A model generated the notes under the pieces. It had not been told where the DNA came from, did no database searches, and saw only the letters and a program-made list of their open reading frames with translations. A program made the translations under genes and the position numbers. This document shows, piece by piece, positions 37,548 to 47,782 of a stretch of 64,000 bases of DNA. Position 1 is the stretch's first letter, and each line of letters begins with the position of its first letter. Where the stretch lies: the NCBI GenBank assembly GCA_963664825.1, contig OY761614.1, positions 1,792,001 to 1,856,000 of the forward strand. Reading direction: 5' to 3'. This DNA is from an uncultured Holophaga sp. Lineage in GTDB: Bacteria; Acidobacteriota; Holophagae; Holophagales; Holophagaceae.

Positions 37548-37874
37548 TCATGCCTTGGGCCCCACGAAGACGTCCACCATCGCCACGAAGGCGCTCCATT
37601 CCTGCTTCTTGGCCTCGAGGAAGGATTTCCCCGCGGGCTGAAGGGAATAGTAGCGGCGGTCCCGGCCATTGGGCTGGGTCTGCCAGTACGACGTGATGAA
37701 TTCGGTGGCTTCCAGCTTATGGAGGGCGGGATAGAGTGCGCCCTCCTTAAGTGTGTACGACCCGTCCGTGCGCTGTTTCACGGTTTCGATGATCTGATAG
37801 CCGTACATGGGCCCGTCCTCGAGCAAGGATAGGAGCAGGAGCGGGGTGCTCCCTTTGAGCAGTTCACGGTCCAT
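37548..37874 (-). CDS. PadR-family transcriptional regulator
   Basis: LLKG, MYGYQI, EGALYPALHKLE, RRYY. Confidence 0.92.
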   Translation of the reverse strand: MDRELLKGSTPLLLLSLLEDGPMYGYQIIETVKQRTDGSYTLKEGALYPALHKLEATEFITSYWQTQPNGRDRRYYSLQPAGKSFLEAKKQEWSAFVAMVDVFVGPKA

Positions 37875-37960
37875 GAGGCCTCCCGTTTAGTCTGATATTT
37901 GCCTCGCAAGGTGATGGTGTCAAGGGCGAGGGGGAAAAATGGCCTTGATTCCCATCGCAT

Positions 37961-39187
37961 TCATCCCCCCCTCATGGCCTCGGTGACAGGGATCCGGCTG
38001 GCTTTCCAGGCAGGTAGGAAGCCTCCCAGGATGCCCATGACCAGACTGAAGGCGAGTCCCTGGCTCACCAGGGTCGGGGTGACGGCAAAGGCGTAGCCCA
38101 CATCGGAGAACGTCCTCATGCTGGTGGCGCCGGTCTGCATGCCGTTGAAGCAGAAGGCCAACCCGCAGCCCAGGACGCCTCCTAGCAGGGTCAGGAGGAT
38201 GGCCTCCAGCTGGAAGCTGGCCAGGATCTCCCGCCTCCGGTACCCCAGGGCTCGAAGGGTCCCGATCTCCGGCGTGCGGCCCGCGATGGCGGAATACATC
38301 GTGTTCATGGCCGCGAAGATCGCGCCTACCGTGAGGATCCCCGTGATGATCTGGCCGAGGATCTGCATGGGCCTCCCCGCGTCACCCAGCTCCGCGAAGT
38401 ACCGGGGCTCGGTCCTGGCCTCCAATTTGAGCCGCACATCCTGCTCCATGGCCGCGATGAAGGCAGGGGCGTCCTCGGGTTGGCGCAGGCGGACCAGGAC
38501 ACTCGAGAAGGCATTCCACCGATGGAAGGCCTGCACCAAGTCATTGGCGTCGATCCATAGCTCGGAATCGAAGGCGCTGCCGCTCCCATCGAAGACACCC
38601 ACCACCGTCCAACTCCGAGCAGCCATCTGGAAACTGCGGCCCAGTTCCAGGCCTATGTATTTCCCCATCAATCGCCGGGGCACAACGACCTCGCTGAGGT
38701 TGGGCCTGAACCAACGCCCCTGCACCAGTCGCACCTGGCTACGCATGCGGATGCCCGCAGGACTCGTCCCGCGCACGGCTATGGACATGCTGCCCGTGCC
38801 ATCGGCCAGGGCCACCTGCTTGGTGACCACCGCGTCCGCAGTCACGAGGGGACCCAGCTCATCCTGGGCGATGAGGGGATGGGTGGAGATGAGCCGCGCC
38901 TGGTCCCGCGTCACCACGCTCATCAATTCGACCCGAGCATTGGGTCGGATGACCATTACCTGATCCTCGCGTCCACTCTTCACGTAGGTCTTCTCCACCC
39001 CGGCAGCCATGGATCTCACCACCACGAAGATCATCACCACGATAGCCACGGCCCCCATGGTGGCCAGGGTTCCCACCCAGCGCTGCCAGAGGGATCGCCA
39101 GTTGTAGAGGAGGGGCACGGGATAGCGAAAGATCGCCCAGACGAGCCAGACGGCATACGGTGCGAGAAGGAGGAGGAGCCACGGCAT
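37961..39187 (-). CDS. ABC transporter permease (MacB/FtsX family)
   Basis: NTMYSAIAGRTPEIGTLRALG, GGFLPAWKA. Confidence 0.88.
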   Translation of the reverse strand: MPWLLLLLAPYAVWLVWAIFRYPVPLLYNWRSLWQRWVGTLATMGAVAIVVMIFVVVRSMAAGVEKTYVKSGREDQVMVIRPNARVELMSVVTRDQARLISTHPLIAQDELGPLVTADAVVTKQVALADGTGSMSIAVRGTSPAGIRMRSQVRLVQGRWFRPNLSEVVVPRRLMGKYIGLELGRSFQMAARSWTVVGVFDGSGSAFDSELWIDANDLVQAFHRWNAFSSVLVRLRQPEDAPAFIAAMEQDVRLKLEARTEPRYFAELGDAGRPMQILGQIITGILTVGAIFAAMNTMYSAIAGRTPEIGTLRALGYRRREILASFQLEAILLTLLGGVLGCGLAFCFNGMQTGATSMRTFSDVGYAFAVTPTLVSQGLAFSLVMGILGGFLPAWKASRIPVTEAMRGG

Positions 39188-40350
39188 CACAGCGACCTCA
39201 AGGCCTGCACGATGGGCTTGCGACTGGCCTGGTAGGCGGGAATGAAGGTGGATAGGAGGCCCACGGCCAGGGTGCCCAGGGCGCACAGCAGCAGGATGTC
39301 GGGGCTGATATGGAAATCCGCCATCCAGGGCAGGATGGCACTGACCAAACCGGCCAGGACCTTGGCGGCCAGCACCGCCATGCCGAGGCCGAAGACACTG
39401 CCCAGGAGGGCCAGCAGGAAGCCTTCGGCCATGAGCAAGCCCATCACCCTGCCCCTGGTGAACCCCAGGGCGCGCATCACGGCGATCTGGGTGGAGCGTT
39501 CGCGGATGGTCATGGCCATGGTGCTGGCCGTGACCAAGAGGATCGCCACCAGGACCGCACTGGTGATGGAGTGCAGCAGGGTGGCGAAATCGCCAAACAT
39601 CTTCATCATGTTCTGGTTGAACGCGTTCTCGCTCATGGAGAGGGTCTCGGGAGAGGCGTTGGCGAAGTTCCTATCGATGCGCTCGCAGAGCTTCGGGATA
39701 TCCCCGGAATGCCTGGCCCTGGCGATGAAAGCGCCCACGCGGCCCTTCATCCAGGGCACCGATTCCTGGACCTGTTTGAGATCGAAGACCAATCCCAACT
39801 CATCGGAGGGGCGCTTGCCCTGGAAGATGGCCCGCAGGTTCAGCCGGACCGTCATGTTGAAGATGGGGCTGCGCAAGGGCACCACATCTCCCAGCTTCCA
39901 GCCGAACCTGTCGGCCAGGGTCTTCCCGACCACGCACCCATTGCCATCCATCAGGAAATCCCTCACCTGCCCTGGAGGCCAGGCATCCAGGCCCACTTCC
40001 TCCCGATAGACCTTGAGATAGGATTCCTTTTCCACCGCGAAGTTCGCGAAGAAGTTCTTGGGGTCCTTGTACTCGCCGCCGAACCACTGGAACTGGGTCA
40101 CGGCCTCGATCTCGGGCTGGGCGCGAAGAAAGGAACCGTAGCTTTCGGGAATCGCGTTGGTGAAGGAGGCCTTGTCCTGGACCACCAGTCTGGATCCGCT
40201 GGCGGCGCTGGTGGTGAGGGCGTCCAGGGTTCCCAGGAAGCCATGCATGAGCGCCACCAGGAACACGGAGAGGGAGATGAAGGACAGCACCAGCATCGTC
40301 CGCAGGCGGGAGCGGAAGAGGGAGCGGATAACGAGGCTGAGGAATTTCAC
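39187..40350 (-). CDS. ABC transporter permease (MacB/FtsX family)
   Basis: [29 protein letters not shown]. Confidence 0.88.
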   Translation of the reverse strand: MKFLSLVIRSLFRSRLRTMLVLSFISLSVFLVALMHGFLGTLDALTTSAASGSRLVVQDKASFTNAIPESYGSFLRAQPEIEAVTQFQWFGGEYKDPKNFFANFAVEKESYLKVYREEVGLDAWPPGQVRDFLMDGNGCVVGKTLADRFGWKLGDVVPLRSPIFNMTVRLNLRAIFQGKRPSDELGLVFDLKQVQESVPWMKGRVGAFIARARHSGDIPKLCERIDRNFANASPETLSMSENAFNQNMMKMFGDFATLLHSITSAVLVAILLVTASTMAMTIRERSTQIAVMRALGFTRGRVMGLLMAEGFLLALLGSVFGLGMAVLAAKVLAGLVSAILPWMADFHISPDILLLCALGTLAVGLLSTFIPAYQASRKPIVQALRSL

Positions 40351-40450
40351 AGGGATGGATGCCTAAGGATGCAATTCGAAGCCACGACGAGGGGTGCTGG
40401 GGTCTCACGCATCGCCGCAGGCGATACCGAGATAACGAGGCTGAAGAATT

Positions 40451-41209
40451 TCAAGGGAGTCCATGCCCGCTGAGGAGGGGTTCCAGATGGGGCAGCTCGT
40501 GGACCTCCACGGTCCGATCCAGCACGCCCTTCTCCAGGTGGATCTGGAAATGGGCATGGCGCGCCGCCTTGGGATCGTGGGTGACGATCACGATGGTCTT
40601 GCCCAGTTCCTGGTTGAGGTGCTGGATGAGGTTCAGGGCCTCTTCGGCGTTCCGGGCATCCAGCGCCCCCGTGGGCTCGTCGGCCACGATGAGATCGGGG
40701 TCGTGGACGATGGCGCGAGCGATGGCCACTCGCTGTTCCTGGCCTCCGGAGAGCTGCCGGGGATAGTTCTGTGCGCGGTCCAGGAGGTCGACCAACTCGA
40801 GGGCTTCCATCACGCGCTCCCGGCGCTGGCGGCGGGAGAGGTTCGTGAGGAGCAGGGGCAGCTCGATGTTCTCGAAGGCGCTGAGCACGGGGATCAGATG
40901 GTAGTTCTGGAAGATGAAACCCACGTTGGAGGCGCGCCAGGCGGCCAGTGCGTCGTCGTCGAGATCATTGAGCCGGTAGCCACAGACCTCCAGCTCCCCC
41001 CTCGTGGGCCGGTCGATGCCCGCCAGCAGGTTCAGGAGCGTCGTCTTGCCCGATCCGCTGGGACCCATGAGGGCGTAGAAGCCCCCCCGGGGGATGTCCA
41101 GGTCGATGCCCGTCAGAACCGGGATCTCCAGGGATCCCCGGAAGTAGCTCTTGGCCAGATTGCGGAGGCGGATGATGGGTTCGATTGATCCAATGCTGCC
41201 CTTGAACAT
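40451..41209 (-). CDS. ABC transporter ATP-binding protein
   Basis: [31 protein letters not shown]. Confidence 0.93.
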   Translation of the reverse strand: MFKGSIGSIEPIIRLRNLAKSYFRGSLEIPVLTGIDLDIPRGGFYALMGPSGSGKTTLLNLLAGIDRPTRGELEVCGYRLNDLDDDALAAWRASNVGFIFQNYHLIPVLSAFENIELPLLLTNLSRRQRRERVMEALELVDLLDRAQNYPRQLSGGQEQRVAIARAIVHDPDLIVADEPTGALDARNAEEALNLIQHLNQELGKTIVIVTHDPKAARHAHFQIHLEKGVLDRTVEVHELPHLEPLLSGHGLP

Positions 41210-41211
41210 GG

Positions 41212-42402
41212 TCACGGCTCCCTGACCCGGACCCGCCTGCCTTCCTCCAGCTTCAGCTCCTGGGGCACCACCAGGATCGGGAAATCGGAGGAGAGGCCCT
41301 TCACCTGGTAGCCCACCGGGTTCTCTTCGCCCAGTTCCACGGGCACCAGCGCGGCCCTCCCCTCCCTGAGGGTCCACAGGAAGGGCCTGCCCTGGCGGCG
41401 CACCACCTGTTCCCGGCCGATGAACAACATCGCCTCCCGGAAGGGGGCTCCCAGGAAGGTGACCTTGGCTCCCATGTCGGGGAGGAGGCTGGGGTGCCGG
41501 TCCCGCAGGGCGACCCGCACCACCACCACGGCCTTCTGGCGACTGGAGGTGGGGTAGATCTCCCGCAGCTCGCCCCGGAGGGGCCTGGCCCCGGGTTCGG
41601 CCTCCAGGGCATCCACCCTGATTTCCGCAGGCATGCCTTTTTTCAGCTTCACGATGCCCGTTTCGTTGACTTCCACCTCGAGCTCCAGGCTATCGAAATC
41701 GGCGAGGATCGCCACGGCGTTGATGGCGTTGGCGCCCCCGGCGCTGCCCGGGCTCACGGTTTCGCCCACTTCCGAGAGCTTCTGGGTCACGGTGCCCGTG
41801 AAGGGGGCCCGCAGGACCATGTTCTCCAGGACGGCCTCCTGGTAGCGCAGCTGGGCCCTGAGGGTCGCCACGCTGGTGCGCAGGCGATCCAGGCTCGCCC
41901 GGTCCAGGACCCCCTCCCGGGCCAGGGCCTCGCCCCGGGCCAAGTCCTTTTTCGCCAGTTGGAGGCTGGCCGCCGTCTGATCGCGGCCGGCCTGGGTGTC
42001 GGCGTCCTCCAGCCGGGCGATGGCCTGCCCCTTGGTGACCCGGCGCCCCTCTTCCACCCCCAACCAGGCCACGCGCCCAGGCACCTTGGCGCTCACCGTG
42101 GCTCGGTGCCGGGCCACGAGGTACCCACTGGCGGTGAGCACAGGATCGCGGTCGCCAGCCCTGAAGGCCACCGGGCGACTGACCACCAGGTCCAGGGGGG
42201 CGTGTTTGAAGGCGTAGACCAGGGCCCCGGCCGCGATCCCCAGCGCTCCCAGCACCGCCCAGCCCCAGGGGAAGCGTCTCGGGACGCCGGCCCTCGACCT
42301 CCGCCCCAGGGGCTCCGCTCTCCCTTCCCGGGACTCCGGCCGGAGAGGGCCGGACTTTTTGTCTTGGTCGGTGTTGGAGCCTGGATTCGCAGATGGAGAC
42401 AC
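41212..42402 (-). CDS. Efflux periplasmic adaptor (MacA-like)
   Basis: ASGYLVA, VEEGRRV..GQ, RAPFTG, LPDMG; start approximate. Confidence 0.88.
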   Translation of the reverse strand: MSPSANPGSNTDQDKKSGPLRPESREGRAEPLGRRSRAGVPRRFPWGWAVLGALGIAAGALVYAFKHAPLDLVVSRPVAFRAGDRDPVLTASGYLVARHRATVSAKVPGRVAWLGVEEGRRVTKGQAIARLEDADTQAGRDQTAASLQLAKKDLARGEALAREGVLDRASLDRLRTSVATLRAQLRYQEAVLENMVLRAPFTGTVTQKLSEVGETVSPGSAGGANAINAVAILADFDSLELEVEVNETGIVKLKKGMPAEIRVDALEAEPGARPLRGELREIYPTSSRQKAVVVVRVALRDRHPSLLPDMGAKVTFLGAPFREAMLFIGREQVVRRQGRPFLWTLREGRAALVPVELGEENPVGYQVKGLSSDFPILVVPQELKLEEGRRVRVREP

Positions 42403-42479
42403 GGCGTCCTCGCTTCGTCCTGGAATTGGAGGTGCAGACCCCTTCCGTGGGGACCGGGGATGATATTGAACGGACAGTC

Positions 42480-42830
42480 TTATCGGCGCGGCAGTGTCTG
42501 GCGACCCTCGGCGGCCATGGCTGCGGCGTAGGCGTCGGGTCCGAGCTCCCGCAGGCGCTGGATGCAAGCCTGTCGGTTCGAATTGAACAGCAGGCCGAAG
42601 ACCTTGCCCATGAAGTTGTTAAAGGTGGGGCAGGAGGATGGATCTGGATGGGCCTGGCACTGGGCGCAGGTGGGGATGCCCTTTTCCAGGCAGCACTTTC
42701 GCACACCACACCAGGAGGCCTTCACATTGTCCCGGCATCCCGGGCACTTTCCCGAGCGCTGGCGCCGACAGGCCCCGCAGTAGAGGCCACAGGCGGCGAT
42801 GAGGGAGGGATCGGCGGCGCTCGGAAACAT
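42480..42830 (-). CDS. DUF3795-like Cys-rich protein
   Basis: CGLYCGAC, CPGC, CGVRKCC, CAQC. Confidence 0.8.
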   Translation of the reverse strand: MFPSAADPSLIAACGLYCGACRRQRSGKCPGCRDNVKASWCGVRKCCLEKGIPTCAQCQAHPDPSSCPTFNNFMGKVFGLLFNSNRQACIQRLRELGPDAYAAAMAAEGRQTLPRR

Positions 42831-42860
42831 GGGTGCTCCTGATGAGGGGCTTCCAGTTTC

Positions 42861-43478
42861 CTACAGAGGGGAAGACTCGAGAACCAGACCCTTCGGCACC
42901 GTCACCCAGCGCGATCCGGCGGCGGCGAAGCGGAGCCTCGCCTGGCGATCGTCTCCGGTGGCGAAGTCCACCCCCACCCTCGGCCCCGTGAGGACCCGTT
43001 CCAGGGCCTCGCCCTGCCTCAGTTCCAGACCCCCCGCTTCGAAGAGGAGGTGGCGGTTGAAGCTGCGATCCAGCCCAAGAGCCTGGGCCACCTTCCCGGG
43101 GCCTGTGAGGAGCGCGGGGCCCTCCAGGTGGCCACGGCGTTCCAGGATCCGGGGCAGCCCCTCCAGGGGTTCGCAGGCGCGGATGAGCACGGCGGAAGCC
43201 TCGTCCGAGGGCCCCGTCACCGCGTTCAGCATGTGGTGCATCCCGTAACAGAAATAGATGTAGGCGCGGCCGCCCTCTTCCCACATGGGGGCGTTGCGCG
43301 CTGTTCGCCCGTGCCGGGCGTGGCTGGCGCTATCGCTGGGGCCGCCATAGGCCTCCACCTCCGTGATGCGCAGGACGATGTCTTCCCGGCAGAGCAGCTG
43401 CCCCAGGAGATCCCGTGCCACGTCCTTCGCCGGGCGCAGGAAGAAGGATCTTGGGATCAGTCCTCCGCGGTGAAACAC
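42861..43478 (-). CDS. 3-methyladenine DNA glycosylase (MPG/AAG family)
   Basis: RITEVEAY, YIYFCYGMH, AVLIRA, GPGK, GPRVGV; start approximate. Confidence 0.9.
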   Translation of the reverse strand: MFHRGGLIPRSFFLRPAKDVARDLLGQLLCREDIVLRITEVEAYGGPSDSASHARHGRTARNAPMWEEGGRAYIYFCYGMHHMLNAVTGPSDEASAVLIRACEPLEGLPRILERRGHLEGPALLTGPGKVAQALGLDRSFNRHLLFEAGGLELRQGEALERVLTGPRVGVDFATGDDRQARLRFAAAGSRWVTVPKGLVLESSPL

Positions 43479-44830
43479 CGCCGCCCCCGGATGTAGGTGG
43501 CTCGCACCATACCGGGATGTTCCCGGTAGAGCATGCGGGAGAGGGTGAGTTCCGCCGGTTCGGAAGGGCGCTGCTCGGCGGGGTTGACGATGCGGGGATC
43601 CACCACCACGAAGTCGGCCTCCTTGCCCGAGGTCAGGCTGCCGATGCGGTCCTGCATACCCAGGGCCCGGGCGCCGCCCAGGGTCGCCAGGTGGAAGGCC
43701 TGGACCGGATCCACGGGCGCGCCCGCATTCAGGGCGAGCGCTTCGATGATCTCGGCCCACTGAGTTGCCCCAAGGGTTTTCAGTTTCTGGATCCCATCGA
43801 TGAGTGTCTGGCCCTCGGCTAGTTTCAGTTTTGAAGCGGTGCAGGCGAAGGCCGCCTCGGCCCACATGGAGAGGCTGGGCCCTGCACCCACGTCCGTGCC
43901 GAGGCCCAGGGAGATCCCCTCCTCCATCCAGCGGCGCAGGGGCATGATGCCGCTCTTGAGGAAGGCGTTGGACCGGGGGCAGTGGACGAGGGTGGTCCCC
44001 GATTCGCGGATGAGGGCCCGCTCATGGGGATCTAGGTGGATCCCGTGCCCCAGCAGTGTGCGTGGGCCCAGCAGGCCCATGCGCCGGTAGACATCGGTGT
44101 AGTTGGAGGCTTCGGGGAAGAGCTCCTTCACCAGTCGCAATTCATTGAGGTTCTCGCTGACATGGGTCTGGATGTAGGCACCGTGCTTCAACGCCAGGGC
44201 GCCGGCGCCCCGCATCAGTTCCGGCGAACAGGTGGGGGCGAAACGGGGCGTGAAGGCGTATTGCAGGCGGCCATTGTCCCGACCATGCCAGGTCTGGCAG
44301 AGGGCCTCGCTCTGGGCCAGGCTGGTGGCCGTATCCTCCTGGAGGGCCTCGGGGGAATTGCGATCCATCATCATCTTGCCGATCACGGCGCGGATGCCGG
44401 CGCGTTCCGCCTCCCGGAAGGCGGCATCCGTGGCGGAGGCATGGACAGTGGTATAGATGACGGCCGTGGTGGTGCCTCGGTAGAGCAGCCCCTTGAAGAA
44501 CCGGGCCGCGGAACGTTGGGCCAGATCGACATCGGCGAAGCGCGCTTCGGCGGGGAAGATGAAGGTCTCCAGCCAGGGCAGCAGTTCCAGCCCATCCATG
44601 GCCACGGCCTCGTGCTGGGGCAGGTGCACGTGGAGATCGACCATGCCGGGCAGGATCCAGAGAGGGCGGAGATCCTGGGAGGGGACGCCTTCGAAGCGCG
44701 GCGAGAGTTCGTCCCAGGCGCCACAGGCTTGGATGAGGCCCTTCTCGTCCACGGCCAGGAGGCCGTCGGGAAATTCCTGAAGCTGGTCTGAAGCGCGAGG
44801 GCTCAGTAGGTGAGCGCGAAAGAGCTGCAT
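43457..44830 (-). CDS. guaD: Guanine deaminase
   Basis: PGMVDLHVHLPQ, GTTTA, TPRFAPTCS, QTHVSEN, GLGTDVGAG, ATLGGA. Confidence 0.9.
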   Translation of the reverse strand: MQLFRAHLLSPRASDQLQEFPDGLLAVDEKGLIQACGAWDELSPRFEGVPSQDLRPLWILPGMVDLHVHLPQHEAVAMDGLELLPWLETFIFPAEARFADVDLAQRSAARFFKGLLYRGTTTAVIYTTVHASATDAAFREAERAGIRAVIGKMMMDRNSPEALQEDTATSLAQSEALCQTWHGRDNGRLQYAFTPRFAPTCSPELMRGAGALALKHGAYIQTHVSENLNELRLVKELFPEASNYTDVYRRMGLLGPRTLLGHGIHLDPHERALIRESGTTLVHCPRSNAFLKSGIMPLRRWMEEGISLGLGTDVGAGPSLSMWAEAAFACTASKLKLAEGQTLIDGIQKLKTLGATQWAEIIEALALNAGAPVDPVQAFHLATLGGARALGMQDRIGSLTSGKEADFVVVDPRIVNPAEQRPSEPAELTLSRMLYREHPGMVRATYIRGRRCFTAED

Positions 44831-44888
44831 GAGCGAACCAGAAAAAAGGCCGCAAAGGCGGCCTGGGTAAAGATACCACAAGTACAAA

Positions 44889-44914
44889 GACAGCGGGCCC
44901 GAGGGCCCGCTGTC
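44889..44914 (-). terminator. Intrinsic terminator after gdhA
   Basis: GACAGCGGGCC/GGCCCGCTGTC stem followed by TTTG on minus strand. Confidence 0.7.
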
Positions 44915-44932
44915 TCCTGGAGATCGAAGGGG

Positions 44933-46282
44933 CTAGACGAGGCCCTGATCGATCATGGCATCGCCGACCTTGAGGAAGCCGGCGATATTGGCTCCGTTCA
45001 CGTAGTTGCCGGGGGTGCCGAACTTGGCAGCGGCTTCCACGCAGGCCTTGTGGATGTTGATCATGATCTGGTGGAGCTTCTGGTCCACTTCCTCGGCCGT
45101 CCAGCCCAGGCGCATGGAGTTCTGGCTCATCTCGAGGCCGGAGGTGGCCACGCCACCCGCGTTGGAGGCCTTGCCGGGGGAGAACATGATCTTGCCGGTG
45201 TTGGCCATGAAGAATTCCACGGCCTCCAAGGTGGAGCTCATGTTGGAGCCCTCGGTAACGACCTGACAGCCGTTGGCGAAGAGGGTCTTGGCTTCGTCCA
45301 GGTTCAGCTCGTTCTGGATGGCGCAGGGCAGGGCCACATCGACCTTCTGCTCCCAGGGGCGCTTGCCGGGGATGAACTTGGCGGTCTTGAACTTGGCGGC
45401 GAAGGGGGCCACGGAGCGCGAATTGGTGCGCAGCATCTCCGTCATGTAGGCGGCCTTCTCGAGGGTCATGCCGGCTTCGTCATAGATGTAGCCGTCGGGG
45501 CCGGAGATGGTCACGACCTTGGCGCCCAGCTGGACGCACTTGGTCACCGCGCCCCAGGCCACGTTGCCGAAGCCGGAGATGGCGACCTTCTTGCCCTTCA
45601 GGCTCTGGCCCTTGGTCTTCAGCATCTCTTCGCAGAAGTAGACCACGCCGAAGCCGGTGGCTTCGGGGCGAACGAGGCTGCCGCCCCAGTTCAGGCCCTT
45701 GCCCGTGAGCACGCCCGTGAACTCGTTGCGGAGCTTCTTGTACTGGCCGAACATGTAGCCCACTTCCCGGCCGCCCACGCCGATATCACCGGCGGGCACG
45801 TCGGTGTCAGCGCCGATGTGGCGGAAGAGTTCGGACATGAAGGCCTGGCAGAAGCGCATGATCTCGTTGTCGGACTTGCCGGCCGGATCGAAGTTGGAAC
45901 CGCCCTTGCCGCCGCCCATGGGCAGGCTGGTGAGGCTGTTCTTCAGGATCTGCTCGAAGCCCAAGAACTTCAGCGTGTCTAGGCTGACGGTGGGATGGAA
46001 GCGGATGCCGCCCTTGTAGGGGCCGATGGCGCTGTTGAACTGCACACGCCAGCCGTTGTTGATCTGGTACTCGCCCTTGTCGTCCTGCCAGCAGACGCGG
46101 AAGGAGATGATGCGCTCGGGCTCGACGAGACGCTCGAGCACCTTGTGCTTGCGGTACTTGGGATCGGCCTCGACCACGGGGGCCAGGGAGTTCAGGATCT
46201 CGGTGGCCGCCTGGATGAAGAGGGTTTCCCAGGGGTATTTCTTCTTCAGACCTTCCAGAACTTCATTGACGTACTGACTCAT
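44933..46282 (-). CDS. gdhA: NADP-specific glutamate dehydrogenase
   Basis: GPYKGGIRFHP, GGGKGG, DVPAGDIGVG, RPEATG, GFGNV, NAGGVATS. Confidence 0.96.
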   Translation of the reverse strand: MSQYVNEVLEGLKKKYPWETLFIQAATEILNSLAPVVEADPKYRKHKVLERLVEPERIISFRVCWQDDKGEYQINNGWRVQFNSAIGPYKGGIRFHPTVSLDTLKFLGFEQILKNSLTSLPMGGGKGGSNFDPAGKSDNEIMRFCQAFMSELFRHIGADTDVPAGDIGVGGREVGYMFGQYKKLRNEFTGVLTGKGLNWGGSLVRPEATGFGVVYFCEEMLKTKGQSLKGKKVAISGFGNVAWGAVTKCVQLGAKVVTISGPDGYIYDEAGMTLEKAAYMTEMLRTNSRSVAPFAAKFKTAKFIPGKRPWEQKVDVALPCAIQNELNLDEAKTLFANGCQVVTEGSNMSSTLEAVEFFMANTGKIMFSPGKASNAGGVATSGLEMSQNSMRLGWTAEEVDQKLHQIMINIHKACVEAAAKFGTPGNYVNGANIAGFLKVGDAMIDQGLV

Positions 46283-46437
46283 GGTGTCTCCATGAAAGGG
46301 TGGGTTGAAACTTCCTTACATACCGTCAAGGCCGCGGCTGGCCCAGGCATCCCGCCTGACGCGACTACTCTAGCGCTGAGTCCGTGTGTCCAGAGCGCGG
46401 AGCGAGTGAGTCGTGACCATCGGCACTGCGAACGAGC

Positions 46438-47256
46438 CTACTTGGTCTGCTGCTGAGCCTTGAGTTTCTCGGCCACCTGGGCGAGCTTCTTGGCGCCAAC
46501 CTTGAAGTAGACGTAAGAGATGGTCCAGGGCTTCCCGGCTTCCTGCTGGTAGACGCTCACCTGCATGATGGTCGTGCCCTGGTAGCCCAGGTAGACATCC
46601 TTGATCTTGGTATTGGTGGCGTTCAGCTTGACTTCCAGGACGGTGACATCGGGCCAGAGTTCAGCGGGAACGCCCTTCATCACACGGTACAGGCCCCCCG
46701 CCAGGGCTGCGCGCAGCTGGGCGGCGTTGTTCTTGACGCTCTCGAAATCGGGGTTGGGGCGACCATCGGGGAACTTGGGCGTCGTCGGCAGCTGGTCGAG
46801 CTTTTCGAGGTTGAGGGAAGCCATGTTCTCGGGGAGGGCCGGTTTCACGGCCTTGCCCTTCTTAGGAGCGGCCTGCTGTCCGGAGGCGGCGAGCTGGTCG
46901 AGGGCGTCCTGCAGATCCTTATGGCTGACGTCTGCGGTGAAGTAGCCCTTCGCGCAGAAAGGTTCGAGGCCGAAGGCCTTGATCTCTTCTGCGGTGTAGG
47001 AGATGCCCATGTCGCCGGCGTGCTTGTTGAACCACCAGGCGGAGCCGTGGATGATATCGGGGTCCACCGGGACGATGAGGCTGGTGTGCTTCATGTCCTT
47101 GCGAACGGCCATGTACTGGAGATGCTGAAGCACCTCATGGGGCTCCATGATGGCTGTGGGAGCCGTCGTGGGAATCTTGTCGGCAGGCTTGCTATCGCAG
47201 CCGAGGATGAGGGCGATACCGGCCACGGCCGGAATCCAAGCACGGTTGAAAGACAT
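46438..47256 (-). CDS. Hypothetical lipoprotein
   Basis: GGAGG RBS, lipobox ILGC, strongly host-like codon usage. Confidence 0.7.
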   Translation of the reverse strand: MSFNRAWIPAVAGIALILGCDSKPADKIPTTAPTAIMEPHEVLQHLQYMAVRKDMKHTSLIVPVDPDIIHGSAWWFNKHAGDMGISYTAEEIKAFGLEPFCAKGYFTADVSHKDLQDALDQLAASGQQAAPKKGKAVKPALPENMASLNLEKLDQLPTTPKFPDGRPNPDFESVKNNAAQLRAALAGGLYRVMKGVPAELWPDVTVLEVKLNATNTKIKDVYLGYQGTTIMQVSVYQQEAGKPWTISYVYFKVGAKKLAQVAEKLKAQQQTK

Positions 47257-47323
47257 GTAGCCTCCTATGGGATCTGACAGAATGATTCCCGAATTGTTCG
47301 TGATTCTACCAAAACAGGACCAA

Positions 47324-47782
47324 GTGTATCCCATTCATCTCATCGCCATTGGCAAGCCGAAGTTAGAAGGTGTTCGGCAACTGGAGTCCCATTACCGGGA
47401 CCTCCTGAAGGGCTTTGCCCGGTTTGAGCTCCTGGAGCTCCCGGAGGGGCGGGGAACGCCTGCCCGCCAGCTTTTGGAGGAGGCCAAGCGCCTGCGCACC
47501 CATCTGGGGGCCGTGCGCTGCCCGGTGCTCCTTTCCGCCGAAGGCCCCCGCCGCAGTTCGGAAGATTTTGCCGCCTGGCTGGGCCTCCGGATGGACCGTG
47601 GCGAGAGCCTGACCTTCGCCATCGGCTCCAGCCACGGTTTCGACCCCGCCCTCAAGGCCGATATCCGGGAGCACCTGAGCCTCTCTCCCATGACTTTCCC
47701 CCACGATCTGAGTCGGGTGATGTTCCTGGAACAGCTCTACCGGGCCTTCACCATCCTGAAGGGGAAGACCTACCACAAATGA
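47324..47782 (+). CDS. rlmH: 23S rRNA pseudouridine-1915 N3-methyltransferase
   Basis: IAIGK, FAIGSSHG, LSLSPMTFPH, EQLYRA, YHK. Confidence 0.9.
   Translation: MYPIHLIAIGKPKLEGVRQLESHYRDLLKGFARFELLELPEGRGTPARQLLEEAKRLRTHLGAVRCPVLLSAEGPRRSSEDFAAWLGLRMDRGESLTFAIGSSHGFDPALKADIREHLSLSPMTFPHDLSRVMFLEQLYRAFTILKGKTYHK

Noticed and set aside
44810..45982. 390-aa plus-strand ORF opposite gdhA
   Set aside because: Open antisense frame caused by strong codon bias of gdhA
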